64,000 nt of DNA from Blasia pusilla (Eukaryota): assembly GCA_050084515.1 (NCBI GenBank), contig CM114271.1, positions 47,864,001-47,928,000 on the forward strand. The letters are read 5' to 3'. The number at the start of each line of letters is the position of its first letter. Position 1 is the first letter of the stretch. A model generated the notes under the pieces. That model was given only the letters and a program-made list of their open reading frames with translations, was not told where the DNA came from and did not search any database. Below are positions 25,836 through 40,000 of this stretch, in pieces. The position numbers were made by a program, and so were the translations under genes.

Positions 25836-28800
25836 GGTTAAGTATACGAGAGGCATGATGAACAGCTTGTTAAAATAAAAATCAGACAAGCTGTTCCACT
25901 GAAATGGTCAGGAAAAAAAAACCCAAAAGCTCGTTGAAACAAAACAAGTGCAAAGATAATAATGTCATAAATGTGCTCAAGGATGAAGATTTGACAGTGA
26001 TGTATCATAGAAACCGGACCCATGAATGGGAGCACTGTGTTGATATGCCATGAGTGAAAATATTCAGAAAATATCTGACTTTCCTTCAAGTAAACTACTG
26101 TCCAAACAGAACTAATATTAATCAAGTAGTGGCGTGAACTTACAACTTTAGAACCCACACTCTGGTTGGAAGTTCTACAGACTAGGATGAGTGCAGAGGA
26201 GCAAGAGGTAGGTACTGCGTAAAGGATTCAAGAGAGTGACAGGGAGACAAAGATGTATCTATAAATTAAAGCAGTCTGACAACACACGACAATACGCTTT
26301 ATTGAAAAACAACTTGAACAGGAAACAGCTGCCAAAAATGGAAAGGTTCATCTGAAGAAATCCATAGTAACACCTCCCTACCTTGGATCACTCGACTCCC
26401 TTCCATACATGTCCAGTATCAGCTTAAGTTCTTGTTCACTGTCTTGTAAATTTCGAACCTGCGCAATGAAGTTAAGCATTTCCAGGTGAGTTGACCAAAG
26501 AGCTCCACTAAAACCAGTCCAGGTATATAGCTGCACTTGACTTAAAGGACAAACTAACCTTGCCTCCATCCTGGAGCAAGACATTGAAACACTCTTTATG
26601 GTAACTCCTAGTACCATAATTTTCAAAAAATTTACAAAATGACACATCTAGAATAATAGGTGAATATTCCAAATGACTGTCTGGACACAAGAAAAAAGGA
26701 AACAGGCTCACCTCATCCTTCAAAGCAGTTAATTCTGAAATCTGACCGGCATACTGCTCCGCAAGATTTTTGTACTCACTTGTCTGCAGCAATGGATCTA
26801 TTTCGTTAGTATGGACACAATCCGTGGCAGCTTCTTTTCTTAGTGTCCTCATTATAAAGATACTAGTACTAGTTAGCATGCCCTTGCTTCAAATATGAAA
26901 ATTGATCATTTTATTCTATTAAATTTGAAAGGAATAGTAACATTCCACCCTTCTAAATAACTTCACTCTTTAATTCAAATTAAAATAATCTCCAACTCCC
27001 CTAAGTAATTCCACCTTTCCATAAAAGTCTAGACAATACCTACTCCCCCCTCCACTCCTCCCACCAAAATAACGCACATTCATAAAACTATAAGTTAATT
27101 TTAATGAATGAAATCATTTCCCTCTTCCTTTCATCTGCCCTTCCCAAAATATCAGGTGTGAATTAAGAGACAAAATTGCAAGCTTGTTGCAATTTTGTCT
27201 TCGTATCTACTATTGTCTTATTATGCATAGGGTCGCCAATTGTGATATACATACAGAGAATGCCAGTTACCTTTCTTTCAAGGATGGATGCAAAAGAATG
27301 AATCTCGGCACGAAGTGAATGTACTTCAAGGGCAGCCTCCTTGTACTTGTTCAGCTGGACTTGCATCATGCTCATCTCTTTATGGAGGGTTGTGACCATT
27401 ACTTTGAGCTCAGAAACAGAATCTTTCCTCCCTGGCATATTGACAGTCCCAGTCTTCTATTAGATACGTTATAACACCAAAACAGAAATAAAATTAGGGA
27501 TGACTACAGAACTCTTCAGCCAAAAAACTTGGCCAACTGCTATGCCATCTATTGAGAATCTGTGGACAACAAAGTTGTCAAAGCACAATTCACCAAATCT
27601 AGATGTTCCAATAATAAAATGGTGTGGATAATTGGACCTTGAGCTTGAGCTGCATCCTCTAATCTCAACTGCAAGCAATCTCTCTCAGCCATACATTGCT
27701 GGAGCTTTATTTCCAAATCTGCTATTCGAGCATCTGCCATTGCACTGGTCCGCCGAGCAGCTTCCACAGGCTCTACTTTAAGAAATAGCTCCTTCTCTCG
27801 CTTCACTGCTGTATCACGCTCAATCTGTGCATGTGGACCATTAGGATATGATTTGAGTACACTAGATGTACAAGACGCAAATGAATGTTTCAGGTTTTGC
27901 ATCCACCCTTGACAGTAATCTCACCTGTAGTTGATCAATAATATTACGGTACTTATCCACCTCAGTCTTGGCATACTGTAATTGATCATTGAGGAGGAGA
28001 TATGGTTGAGAAGAGATAATTCGCTGCTCCTCTCCCAACAAGTCCTGTGAATTCCATTTGAACAACCCAAGAAACTGCAGGTCAAATATAATACCAGCAA
28101 AAAGTTTTCTACCACAGAACAAATATCCCTCCTCTCCAGGTCGCTAGTATTGGGAATGTGATATCACATGGACATGAGTAGCATATCCCCTTCCTGCCTT
28201 CTCACCTACTTCAACTGAAGTCTTAGAAAGTCACATTTATTAGTAATACCTGCATATGCTGAAGCTTTTGGGAAAGATTCAACTGCGTTTGATGTGCTTC
28301 TTGGAGTTCAGTGAGCCTCCTGGCTGCCAATGTCTGTTCATTAATCGTTGAGGATGAAAAACAAACATCTCAATGTTAGTAGGACAGAGATGAGCACGAC
28401 TCCAAGACTGCCAAGCCATGTGGGAACAGTCCTTAGTTTATGCCCATAGCTTTGTGGCATGACCAAGTTGAGAGGACTAACCTCAAATATGATTTGCGAA
28501 GTAACAGACATATAGAGTCTCCAAACCATTCACAATCCTTCTCAATAGATAGAGAAACAGATAGTAAATGCCACTTGCCTTGGCCTCCTCTAATCCAGCC
28601 TCTAACTCCCTGGCCTCCTTCGACATCTTTTCACCTCCTCCTCTTTCTCCGTGCTCACTTTTGGATGCAGTCAGCGGGCTGGGAGTTAATGGGGCAGCTA
28701 AGGCATCTTTCTGGTTTCGTAGAGTTGTAATTTTTCGCCTACTTGTCTCAAGTTCAGCAGCTGTCTCTTCCAGCTCACCTGCCCAGAAATGTCAACAAAT

Positions 28801-31174
28801 TCCCACACGTAATTTTTGATTCAGCTTGATCCAGATTGCACCAATCATTTACTTCAGTTGCTGTAATTTACTTGTGTGTACACGTAGAGGTACACACAAG
28901 CATCCATGCAAACAAAAGCATAACCTGTTAAATAAATCCAAGAACAGAACCACCACATTGCTCTCATACCAGTATCAGATCTATTCAATGGAGAGTTTCC
29001 TGTAATAAAATACACAAATTTCTGAAATTCTAGGGAGAACAGTTCCTGCCACCCACTAAATCTACACCTTATTGGTGTGAAATTTTTACCCGTCAATCTG
29101 GCTACTTCTGCCTGGTCTTTAGCATGATTGTCCCGGTATGCTCCAATTTCTGCTGCAATTGCTTTATGTTTTAAGTGAAGTAGATCCATGTTAGCATATA
29201 GGGCAGCAATTTCAGACCGTAGTTCATCATCAACTTTCCTCAAAAGTCGCCCAGCTTCTGCAATACAGTAGACAGTCAAGAAAAGGAGATTAAAGAGCCC
29301 TGATTTGTTTATAATAATATCATAAGTAACATATTATCGACAAGTTTGCTCCACTTCCATCCCAAATTTCCCAATTCTGTATCTTCATACACCATTTACT
29401 GATATTGTGTGTCCCATAAAGGACTAGACTCCATATGAATGTCCAAAAGAAGGTAAGAGGAAAGGAACTCTCATACAAACTCCATAGAATATGATCTAAC
29501 TGCTATTGTTGACGTAGATGTGTGAAAACTGATGAAATTCAGGTGTGCAAAACAAATTCCCTCCAGAAGAACGCTAAAATAATTCTAACTATCTAATTTG
29601 AGAAAGGTAAAATTATTTCCCATCCACTGCCCATGGATAGAAGGTTGACCCCTTACTTTCCAGTAACCAAAAAAAGAGCACTTTGATATCCAATACTGAC
29701 CATCACTAGGTAGCCTCTCTTTGAGTGAGCTGGCAAGCTCCTCATTCCTGGTGCGCTGGACATCAATAGCGTGAACTAAGCACTTGAGAGTCTTCACAGT
29801 TGACATCTTCCGTGCAGCTAGTGCAGCCTCCACATAGCTGTTGTTGTCAGCAGAAGTACTGCTCTCTGTTGCACCTGTTTCCAGCAATCGATGCAGAAAG
29901 GTCTGCTCCGGAGGTTGAATTGGCACTCGCTCTGCAGGAATCATTTTAATAAAATGCTCAGGGATATGGGGTAAGACTTCGCATGCTAATTACGAGAAGC
30001 AATGTAAGGAGGGATTCCATCTGTCAACAACTTGAAGACACTCCGGCTTTAGGCCAATTAGATGAGCAACTAATTTTATTCACAAACTCGCGTACTCAAA
30101 ATACAAACGTATGAACTGGTGAACAGATATAGCACATACCCTTCGTTGAGCTCGTGGGTTCCAGCACTCGAATTCCATTAGTGGTCGCATTAGCACGAAC
30201 CGCAAGCAGCTCCAAATCGTCCACCAACTGTACGAAATAACACCTTAGTTGTTCTGAGCTCATGAAGTGGTGTGTGCGAAGTAGTTCCTTCCGTAGCACG
30301 TCTTGACTGCCTTTTCCTTCCACCGTGCATGAACGCACTAGGGTGTAACACCCCAATTTAAAAACACGTAGAAATCAGACAACGCAAAAGGATAACAAAT
30401 TGTGCCTCGAGTGACAGGAACAGTACCTCATTCCAGACCCGATTCACCGCTATCAGGGTTTCATCATAAGAGGTCTGCTTTGTCTTGAGCTGACTAAACT
30501 TGCCCTCGAGAGCGTGGATTTCGCTCCGTTGCACATCCAGCTGCTGTGCCAATTTATGGTTCTGGTACTGCAATACTGCAGCGTCAACCTGCTCACAACC
30601 GAACAGTGACACCTTAGGAGCTCCCCCACCCGCCGTTCACTCCTAACACCTAGAACCTTTCGTTTCAGTGAGGACCCCCGAAAGACCATCCTCCAGCCAA
30701 AGAACAGAAATTTCATTGGGGGCAGGGACTTCAAGCTCGAAGACTGAGCTTCGCCATCGGGAGTGACAGGAGGAGCGCGAAGATGAACAGTGGCACTGTC
30801 AACCAAGGTGCACGAAATTAAGGAAAAGAAACCCTCTGTAAACGGCACGCTGAACACACTGCAGTAAACGTCTTGCGCTACTCAGAACGTCCAAGAATAT
30901 GGAAGAGGCGGCCGTTGAAACCACATACGCCAAGTGTTTAATACCATGCGGTGACAAAACTGCATACCAGCTAACATTTCCACAAATAAAAACTGTGCAG
31001 GTCTCTGAGTGAACCCCATTTTGCATTTGAAGCTCGAAATTAAAGGGTCCTGGACAGACACCTCACCTTCTTGTCCTCTGAAGAAGGAGCCATGGGTTGT
31101 TTCTTGAGAGGGGGAGAAACGGTATGATCATTAAGATGGCGCCTCTTCCTCTCAGGTTCTTCAGTGCTTCCCAT
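22431..31174 (-). CDS. HUB1: E3 ubiquitin-protein ligase BRE1-like (histone H2B monoubiquitination), multi-exon (~18 coding exons)
   Basis: Exon 1 31174-31067 MGSTEEPERKRRHLNDHTVSPPLKKQPMAPSSEDKK; exon 2 30588-30427 VDAAVLQYQNHKLAQQLDVQRSEI...; long coiled-coil exons (EQELKLILDMYGRESSDPR, LKTALDEHSLELRVKAANEAEAACQQRL); C3HC4 RING LKCSVCHDRAKE|VVITKCYHLFCGPCIQRNLEIRHRKCPGC; stop at 22431. HUB1 versus HUB2 not resolvable by eye. Confidence 0.93.
25792..25833. repeat. (TG)21 microsatellite in a HUB1 intron
   Basis: Directly visible. Confidence 0.97.
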
Positions 31175-33302
31175 GCTACTCCGGCCCTGAAGCGGCGCAT
31201 TATCAGGCCTTGTCTTCGTTAAAGCAGCTGCCCGTGTGACCTCCAGTTCGACGAACAGAAGCGAAACTCGGCAATAGTGACCTAAAATTGCAAAAATACG
31301 GTCGCCAAAGAACCGTCAACATCCGCGCTGTGCCTTGCCACGCGCCTTTTTTCCAGAAACCAAACCCTTCCCGCCTAATGGCCGCCTCGCCCTGGCAGTT
31401 CCTGAGTTTTCGACTTGTTGAGAACGACACCACACATATTTACGGAACAAAGGCTCTCCCTTCCAATTGAAACACAGGGAAAACACCGGCATATAACAAA
31501 GGGGGGGGGGGGAGAAACCACGACTTCAAAGAACGGCCCCGGCCTCTCTGACACACGGGTAAGCTCTCGACGTCAACAACCACACTAAAATACTCCGCTC
31601 TAAAATTTGGTCACAAAGCTCGTGCCAGTGCAAATGCTGATCGTAGTCCCTTGCGTAAAAAAAGAACACAAACACCAGGCTCCGCAGAGCAGACACATGG
31701 CGAGGAGGACGAGCAGCGGGGACGACGACACGGGTGGTGAGGCCGAGGAGGACGACGAATTTCCACGCGCCCGGGCTCCCACAGGTGAGGTGTGTGCGGG
31801 CGTGGAGAGAATAAAGATGGAAAGCAAGTCCAGTGAAGAGAAGGGGGAGGGGGGAAACCTCCCCTCCTTTCGCAAACAGCAAAGCTGCAATTCTTCTTCC
31901 TCCTTGCTGTGCGGGGGTTGCAGCTCCATTCCCATGACTCTCTCCTTCTCCACTCTCCCCTTTCTCCGTTTTGTGTCGCTGCTCTTCCGCTCACTTTCCT
32001 CTAACCCCTCCCTCCCTCACTCCGTCCTGTTCCATCCACACGCGGGCAGTCGAACGTGTACTTTCCATCTCACCGGGTAAATCCGTTCCAAGTTCTACCA
32101 AACTGAACCTGCCTTGCTACAGAAGACCTTCCTTTGCACCCAGCTCGTGATATAAACCGTTGGATTTAAGCTCGACGGTCGATGTCCCTCACGTCTCCCG
32201 ATGTACGCCGTAGGTTTCCCCGGTATTCTGACGTAGTTCGTAATCGCGGTTGTTCTACGTGGTATTTGGATTGGGAACCCTAGCCGTGGATGTGGTGTCG
32301 GATTACTACGACCATCCAAACAAATCCTGACATCGTGGTTTGAATGCCTACGCTATGAGTTGGCGAGTCGCTAGTCTGGCCTGTCTCCAGATCCTCCCGC
32401 CGGACGGGAGTGGGACGGCAGCTTTGGTCCCGTCTCCGCTCGCCCATTGGCCTAGCGCGCCGTTAATTCCCGGCTGCGTGGCATCAGACCGGGCCGGGTT
32501 GTGCCGGGCAGGATTAGATCGGGTCGGGCCGATAAGGTGTGGTTCACAACCCAGATCCGCCCGCGCGTCGTGCCGGCAGACTTTGAGGTTCTCGATCAAA
32601 TTCAAGTGCAGACGGGACATTGCCGGGACTCCTTCAGGATTACATGTCTACGTATACAGCGAGGCTTACCTGTTGGGAACTCCGAATTCGCGCATCAGTA
32701 CGTCGTTCAGTCACTACTGCGACCACATACCCACCGGTACTGCTATAATTGTCAGGCGACGCCTCTGACGGCGAATGACTCCTGGATCGGTATAGAGAGA
32801 TGCGCTTATGTTCCGTTCTTTTGCATTAAAGAAAATGGGAGACTCGGAGGGTGGAAGAATAGTGCGCGATTCAAATTTCAGGGCAGTGTAAGCCGCGAGG
32901 AGTTGAGAGAAGCGGAGTGAATTACGGAACACATTTTGTGGCTGGGAATCGGGGTGTAGTGGTTGGGTCTAGAGGTTTCGCCCTTCATTTTACTATGCCA
33001 TTGCAAAATTCTTCGGAGGGGTTTATTGTGCGCTGCAGCGCTGTCATGAGGGATTATAGGATCCGAAAATTCGTGTGCACAGATGGGATGAGTGATTCCT
33101 TCAACTAGACAAATGTCCCCTTTGGTTTTCCTTTTCGGTTCGAGTTGTTGTGATTTTCAACGCGATAAAGTCTTTGAATCACATGGTCACATTATGGGGT
33201 TTCTCTCGGCTGGCGTAATTTCATACTGATGTCGGTTGATCTCCCGGCATATGGTGACGGCATAGTGCTGTCTCTCTCCTGGTATCGGAGAAGTTATTGA
33301 AT

Positions 33303-33306
<4 letters not shown>

Positions 33307-33385
<79 letters not shown>
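33307..33385. repeat. (CT)~39 microsatellite upstream of the AAR3-like start
   Basis: Directly visible. Confidence 0.97.
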
Positions 33386-33389
<4 letters not shown>

Positions 33390-33504
33390 GTCCATTCATC
33401 CGTTGGCGGTGTATAAATGCGTGACCAAATAGTTGGCCAGGAGTTAGCGAATTTCAAATATGAAAGGTCAGGCGCAGGTTTTCCCGGGTAATTCCCCAGG
33501 ATCG

Positions 33505-36500
33505 ATGCCCTTCTCACGATTCATAGGGCGGAGTGGAGGGGATACGCGAATGTGGGATATGTATATAGAGTATGCAGGTAACATGACGAGGATCCTTACT
33601 TGTCTAGGTTTGGAAAATCTAAGTCCAGAATTGAGTCTGCCCTGTTTGAATGGCCTTGGAGTTTTATTGTAGCTTTATTAACTCGTTTCATTTGAATGGC
33701 ATTCACTTTACTCTTGTCCTAGGCTCTTTACTCTCTTTCTCGGTTGGCTTTCACCCGGATGATGTATATGTTATGCATTGTCAGCTCAACTTAATCCAGC
33801 GTGACAATCCTAGTAGCTTGCCCGCCGTACTGAGTATTAGAAGTGTCCGCATTTTTGGTCTTTGGATGCGCTAGTTCACATTGTTGAAACGATCGAGTAG
33901 ACTTCCACCTCCCTCTTTTGTCTAGGGTAAGTACTTTTAGGTTTCGGTTGAGAATCTCTCTCGCTCGTTTCTGAAGTCCACATTTATATTTAATGCAAAA
34001 CAGATGAAACTGATGGGATCAAGCCATGCAGGAACCTAACTGAATCTATTAACTAATTTTTTTGATTTGGTCGCCTATGTTGTCCTTTAATGAACAACAG
34101 ATATTGCTGCAGCCGATGAACCTCTTGGACGAATTAAAGCACGACTTTCTGCTCTTTCAGCTTTTGCCGAATCCCAAGGTTTAACCGGGTAATTGGCGCA
34201 TAGACATGAGGGATTTTATCCATGTGCTTTCACTTTCAGCCACACCTGATCTTATTGCTTATTTTAAAGCCCATTACCCTTCAAGTGTCCATTTCCTTAG
34301 CTTGCTGCAAGCACTATGGCAGAGAGCTAAAGTTACAAAGGGCCTTTCTAGGTGCATTTCTGTCATGAATAACTTATTCATACTATCTTTGCTATCTCAC
34401 AATGTATCTTGTGGCACACTGAAGGAAAAAAGTTTTACTTAGGTTGCTTACCTTCATTGCTGCTGGAAGTATTGCAACTTACAACATTGCAATCTGAGGT
34501 CTAAGTTGCTGGAGTCTGAAATGCGCTTTTTTTCACCTCACCATGTTCAGGCAGGCAGCATTCGATGGGCTTCATCATCTTACTGCAGATTTGCATGGAG
34601 AGGTACCTAGCTTTAACCTCCTAGAATGTATTGTCTCTTTTAGCTTCAGATTATCTATATTATTACGACTGTATCACTGCTGCTTCCCTGACATCATGAT
34701 GAGATGCAGCACCACATGACGACCTGTGAATCTTTTGCTTGCAGCTTATGGATACTTGTCGATTCTCACTCTTCTATCGCTTCGTCTTCTTCATGTGCCG
34801 AGAGAGGGGTCAGAAGAGCATTTGTAAGTATACTTTTCATTGGGTAGTGAGATGAATGTGCAGCCTGCTATCTACCATATGGTTTCCCTAGTGTAATTGT
34901 GATTCTCTGGAGAAAGGATACTTCGTTTCTGATCATCCTCATCATGTCATGGTGTGGGCATGTTTTGTACGGTTTGGTTGTAGTAAATAATACTGTTCCG
35001 TTGGTTGTCGTTGGGTTGATTTTAACTCCTTTGCAGCTGTCAACACCGCTGTTGCTGCATGGAGACTGTCGCTAACTGGGCGCTTCAGATTACTTGATCA
35101 GTGGTGTGCCTTTGTACTGGTACTACATCATACTGCTATACGTATTTCTTTTTTGGGACTGTATGCATTTCAATTATCCTTCTTTCTTCCATTCAGTCAG
35201 TTCCTGCTTGAAATAGAGATTTGATTTGTGAGGAAGGTGTTCACGACTTCCTACAATCCATCTCTAAGCCCAGGTTTGACGTACCTGGTGGTGTAATGTT
35301 GAGGTAGTGACCCTTGCAGATCTCTGATCCATAGTTTGCAATCAACGTGGCTCAGCCGGACACTCACCTTCACACACAACTCTGATCTACCAACAGAATT
35401 GAAGGAATGCCTGATAGAAGATGATAAATGAATAACTGATTTAATGTCCATGGGATTCTAAGAGGATTATGAGACTCAAAACATCAAGACTTCTAGCACT
35501 TCGGCTCATAAAGGATGGTAAGTGACATCCGAAAACAAAAACAAAAAAACAAAGAATTGGAAATAGAGGTTTCTAGGAGAGGGTGGCATTTAACAGCCCG
35601 ATGTCAAGCTGATCAACATTTCCAGGTGGTCAGCCCTGGGAGAAGCCATGATTGGTGGTTAGAACCCCAAAAAGATGTTGGGAATTGGAAACAAAATATG
35701 AAAAGAGAGAACTAAACTAAGTTTTTACTTCCACCTATTAAAGTTTGATGGCAGTGGTGTTGTGGCTGGCTGAAGATTCATCAGAAGCATTCTGTATCGG
35801 AGGACACTTGGAGACAAGTTCTGGAGTTCAGCCGCAGTGTACATGAAGATTTGAGCAACTACGACCCTGAAGGTAAACAAGTCGACAAAGCTGAACTGTT
35901 CCCTCTCATTCCAGCACCACCATACTTATGTATACTTTGTAAATCTTTGAAATTGGGGTTCCTTGATAGCTGGGTAAAGACACTTTGATGTCAGTTGTTC
36001 TAAAGCTGTGAGAAATGGTCTATTTCTTTTGTGTGTGTCAGGTGCCTGGCCGGTTCTTGTTGATGAATTTGTTGATAATATGTACAGGTTGGCCATTTTC
36101 TCCTCTCCACCACTTCTTTTTCTAAGATTTTTCTGTCGTATCGAATTAAGGAAAATCAAGTCCTCAATGCCAACAGTATGGATCCGGATTTCTTTTTTCC
36201 ACTCAAATCAGTTCCTCCTGTACAGGCTTAGATTACTGTTGCATCTGAAGGTGGTTGAAGCTCTGTTCACTTATTATTGCTCTAGAAACAGCAGACTGAT
36301 TAGGTGAACTGATCTAATTTATGTCTACAGGAAAGCGTCCTGCCCTTCCTGTGCATCAGACTCCACAGTTTTATGTGAATGTGGTTTGGATGTTGTCAAG
36401 CCATCAACTGAAGAAGAACCTACATCATCTGTTTCCTTGAGCAGAGCAACAACCCTACCAGGTGAGTGAAAGCGTTCGATTTCTCCCTGCACAAATGTGT

Positions 36501-37240
36501 GGTTTAATGATAGTTTTCAGTGTAGAAGCGAGTTCTAATGAAAAGTTCCTGCTCTAGGAAACTTTTATGCAACTACAACCAGATTCCATGACAGCTTCCA
36601 GGATGACAGGGAAAATGGTTTTAGAACTAGAGTTTAAGATCGATAATTTTATCCAATTCCACCTATTGACAACTAGGAAGAGAACGGATTGAAACTTCTG
36701 ACACTCCCTAGCAGTGCAAGAAGTGGCACATCAACTGATCAAGGTTTTATTTGCTCTTCAGGAATGGCAGCGTCAGCTGGAAGCAAGCGGAGACGGAAGG
36801 ACCCCAAGGATGAAGCTGCCCAAGTAGAGTCTGTTAATAGTATCGCTCAACTCCTTGCAGATATGCCTAGTCCACTCTCTTGTAAGAGAGCACGTTCAAA
36901 TAGGAGCTTAGTGGAAGTACATGACCCTATGGAAGAAGTTCTTGATATGGAACACGCACAACAAGGAACTTGGGAGCGGCAGGACCAGTCAAATTTTATT
37001 GATCATGAGATGTCATCTGGAAGCATACAAGGATCTCCTGTCATTAGCAATCGAGTAGGTAATTGTGAAGTGTATTCAGCCCTTCAATGGCAATCATGGT
37101 CCAAGTACGAGGCCAGGGGATCACCAGGGGCAATGAGTGCAAATCAACCCCTTTGTGCCAGTCCTCATGCACAGGAGGCCCTCAACTGTGTCATAAAGCA
37201 TCCATCACTCACAGTGGTTTCGCATATGCCCTATTTTTGA
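33505..37240 (+). CDS. AAR3: DCN1-like (defective in cullin neddylation) protein, AAR3 type, multi-exon
   Basis: Spliced exons: ...MWDMYIEYA|DIAAADEPLGRIKARL...|QAAFDGLHHLTADLHGE|LMDTCRFSLFYRFVFFMCRERGQKSI|VNTAVAAWRLSLTGRFRLLDQWCAFVL|IHQKHSVSEDTWRQVLEFSRSVHEDLSNYDPE|GAWPVLVDEFVDNMY, then a C-terminal extension with NLS-like GSKRRRK. Start (33460/33505/33550) and last exon end are uncertain. Confidence 0.88.
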
Positions 37241-38422
37241 TAAAAATCTTATTCTCCCCAAGATTCATTAAAATTAGCCACAAATTTTTAGATTTCCCAC
37301 AGTCCACAGTAGAGGTGCATGTAATGCACATCATTGGTACATCTTAATGTATCATGAGCACAAATTATGAAAGCAAAGCTGTCATAAGAAATCTCTCAGG
37401 GTGTAGCACTCTTGAATTCTGGCACATTCACGTGCCTAAGGCAGCACTTTTTCACAATTTTGTAACTCTTGTATCATTGAGTATGTGTAAGGGGAATTCC
37501 TGCTCGGGCATTGCCAGTTCAATGCAAGTTTGGAGAGGCCATATTTTTCGCTGCATACAACACAATTCCCTCCTGATGGGTCTCCTACTGTGCCACTCTG
37601 GATAGAGCTGATGAATCCGAGTTCACACGGATCCGTCCATATTTAAGTTTTCAAAAGATTTTCTGGTTGAGGGTCATGTTGCCGCTACAATAGACACATA
37701 TACATTGGCAGAATTATTGAAGTGGAGTCGGCACATTTGGCAATTGTAGGAACTAATTGCCAGGATCAGGCTGCCAAGGTCAGCTATGTAATGAGGTATG
37801 ATTGTGTCTCGAGTGTTTCTACTTATCTTTAGGGTATCCTGTCCACGACGTACTGAGTTGGATCATGAATTCCTGTACCAGGCACGGTTCATGTCCTAAT
37901 CCCTCTGTGTACAATCCCTTTTCCTTTCCTGCTCTGTCTTCCATCGCCCTTCAATGCCGAGAACATAACTTCCAACGTGGCATCTCCTCCAATTCTGTTT
38001 TGGCGTCTTCAGGGATACCTTAGTTCACAAGAAATCCCGTCCTTCCTGGGAGTCGCAGTCCGCAATGAGAGGGCACGATGTAGCCAAACAGCCAGCTGTC
38101 CCTGATGTCGGCTGAAGGATGTACTAGTTAGAGTGCTCGTGCCATGCACAGGCATAGATTGAGTGTGATAATTTTTCACGTTATGGGGACTCTCGGCAGA
38201 GGCCCCGAATGTTGTCACTCACCGTAGAGTTGAGGGGGAAAACCGGAGTTTAAAATTGCGATGGAGATGTGGATTTGCAACTTCCCTTTACAGCAATGGT
38301 CTCTCGATTTATGCCAAGAGTTGGATGATACCCAACTGTGGCTTGATGGCTGCCAAGTTTAGTCCGTTCGGCGACCACAAGAGCAACGTGCCAAATTTGA
38401 TGCAAGAGTTGTGGAATGGGTA

Positions 38423-39967
38423 ATTATTGTACTCATTAAGTAGTGCCTGTCGTAGCCTTGCGACCATAGACCCCGCGCCCTGGTTGGACGGTGCTTGAGA
38501 CTGGGATGGGTGTAGAGAGAGAAGCAAGTGAAGAAGGTACCATATGAGAGGAGGGAGACACTCTCATATAGTGTGAGTGCTGACCAAACAACGTGTTTGT
38601 GCGGAGCTTCCAAGTGTCAACCAAGAAACTCTTCACCACACCATCTACTTTACCTGATTGGGATCCCCAATAGACATTACTTACGGTCAGCAGCTTTGGG
38701 CAATGAATCAAGCCCTCATGAATGTGTTGAACAATTCTGGTGCTACCGACTTAGCAATATCAAAGATAAGCTCTTGCTCTGTGAGTTGTGAATTTTTGCG
38801 CAGAGACCAAGTAATGACTAGAGGTTTCATCCCCATCGTCACACAAGGCGCAAGAGTTTAGTTGTGTTCCCATCCTGCTTTTCTTATGGGTCAAGGGGAT
38901 TGCTCCCGTTCTGAACTTGAACTTGAGCCGGGTTCCCAAGCAAGGGGTTCCCCATAAATAGTTCTTGATTCGCCTTCTCGGGATATACCGTCAAAAGAGA
39001 GGTCGAGACATTTTCATGGCTTCCTCCATCTTTGTTCTCGCTGTGAGCGTTTGTCCACCGCTTTGGTTATGGTATCCACGAATGCTTTCTCATCTTGCTC
39101 CCACGATTCAGGCCCTGTTGGGAGCTTCAAGCTTGCACAATCTCTTGAACCTTTTTCGCCCAAGATTTGGCACGCTTTTACGGGTTTTTTGGGTCAGGTT
39201 TTCCCCATCACCTCTTTAGGATAGGGATGGGAGTCCATTGTCTCGATTGCCTCCGCCATTTCAACTTGGCAATGTCACGTCTATCCTCCAAGGGTTCCAC
39301 ACCTAGTTCTCGATCTCACACCAACTGGGCTGTTTCGTGATGAGGTTGACATCATACCCAAACGCCTTCAGGTTATGCGACTTCAAGCCTATCCCTTTGT
39401 TTGGTGTTGGCATCCCACACTGCTGCCCCGTATTCCAGCGAGGGACGAATGGTATGCAAAATGACAGAGCGCTTTACTTCTAATGAGATATCCCGGCAGT
39501 GTAGGAATATGGACAGACCGTTCACCTTCTTGTGGCCTTTCTCAGTAGTCTTCTTAATGTGTGCATCCCACATGCAATCTTCCAAGAATTCTATGCCTAG
39601 ATAGGTGTATGTAGCCACACAAGGGATCTCTTGTTCGCCCCAGTACCACTGTTGGTCTTGGTCCTCCTCCTTGCCATTGAAAATCATCACACTGCACTTC
39701 AGTACATTTGCCTCCATGCCCCACATATCACACCAAATTTTGGTTAGGGAGATCATCTCTTGGAGTTTCTCTCCTGTTTCCTCGAGGCCACCAAAGTCAT
39801 CAGCAAACATTAGGGCAACAACAGAGATGTTGCCCACCCGTATGCCTAGTCCACTATCCTCCATTTCTTCCAATAGGGAATTCACGAAAATGTTGAAGAG
39901 AGTGGGGGAGAGCGGGCATCCTTGAGCCACTCCTTGCTTGATGTCGAATGTCCCACTCTTTTGGCCA
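38423..39967 (-). mobile_element. 5'-truncated non-LTR retrotransposon (LINE), copy 1
   Basis: RT motifs AQGCPLSPTLFNIF, LMFADD, YTYLGI (ORF 39373-39930); downstream Cys/His motif; exact 11-bp TSD TGGAATGGGTA at 38412-38422 and 39968-39978. Confidence 0.92.
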
Positions 39968-39977
39968 TGGAATGGGT

Positions 39978-39999
39978 AGAGAGAGAGAGAGAGAGAGAG
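39978..39999. repeat. (AG)11 microsatellite between the two LINE copies
   Basis: Directly visible. Confidence 0.95.
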
Positions 40000-40000
40000 T

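Noticed and set aside
31526-32080. Overlapping 117-157 aa ORFs upstream of HUB1
   Set aside because: GC-rich 5' UTR/promoter sequence with no protein-like motifs
33187-33517. ORFs with poly-ER tracts
   Set aside because: Translation artefact of the (CT)n microsatellite
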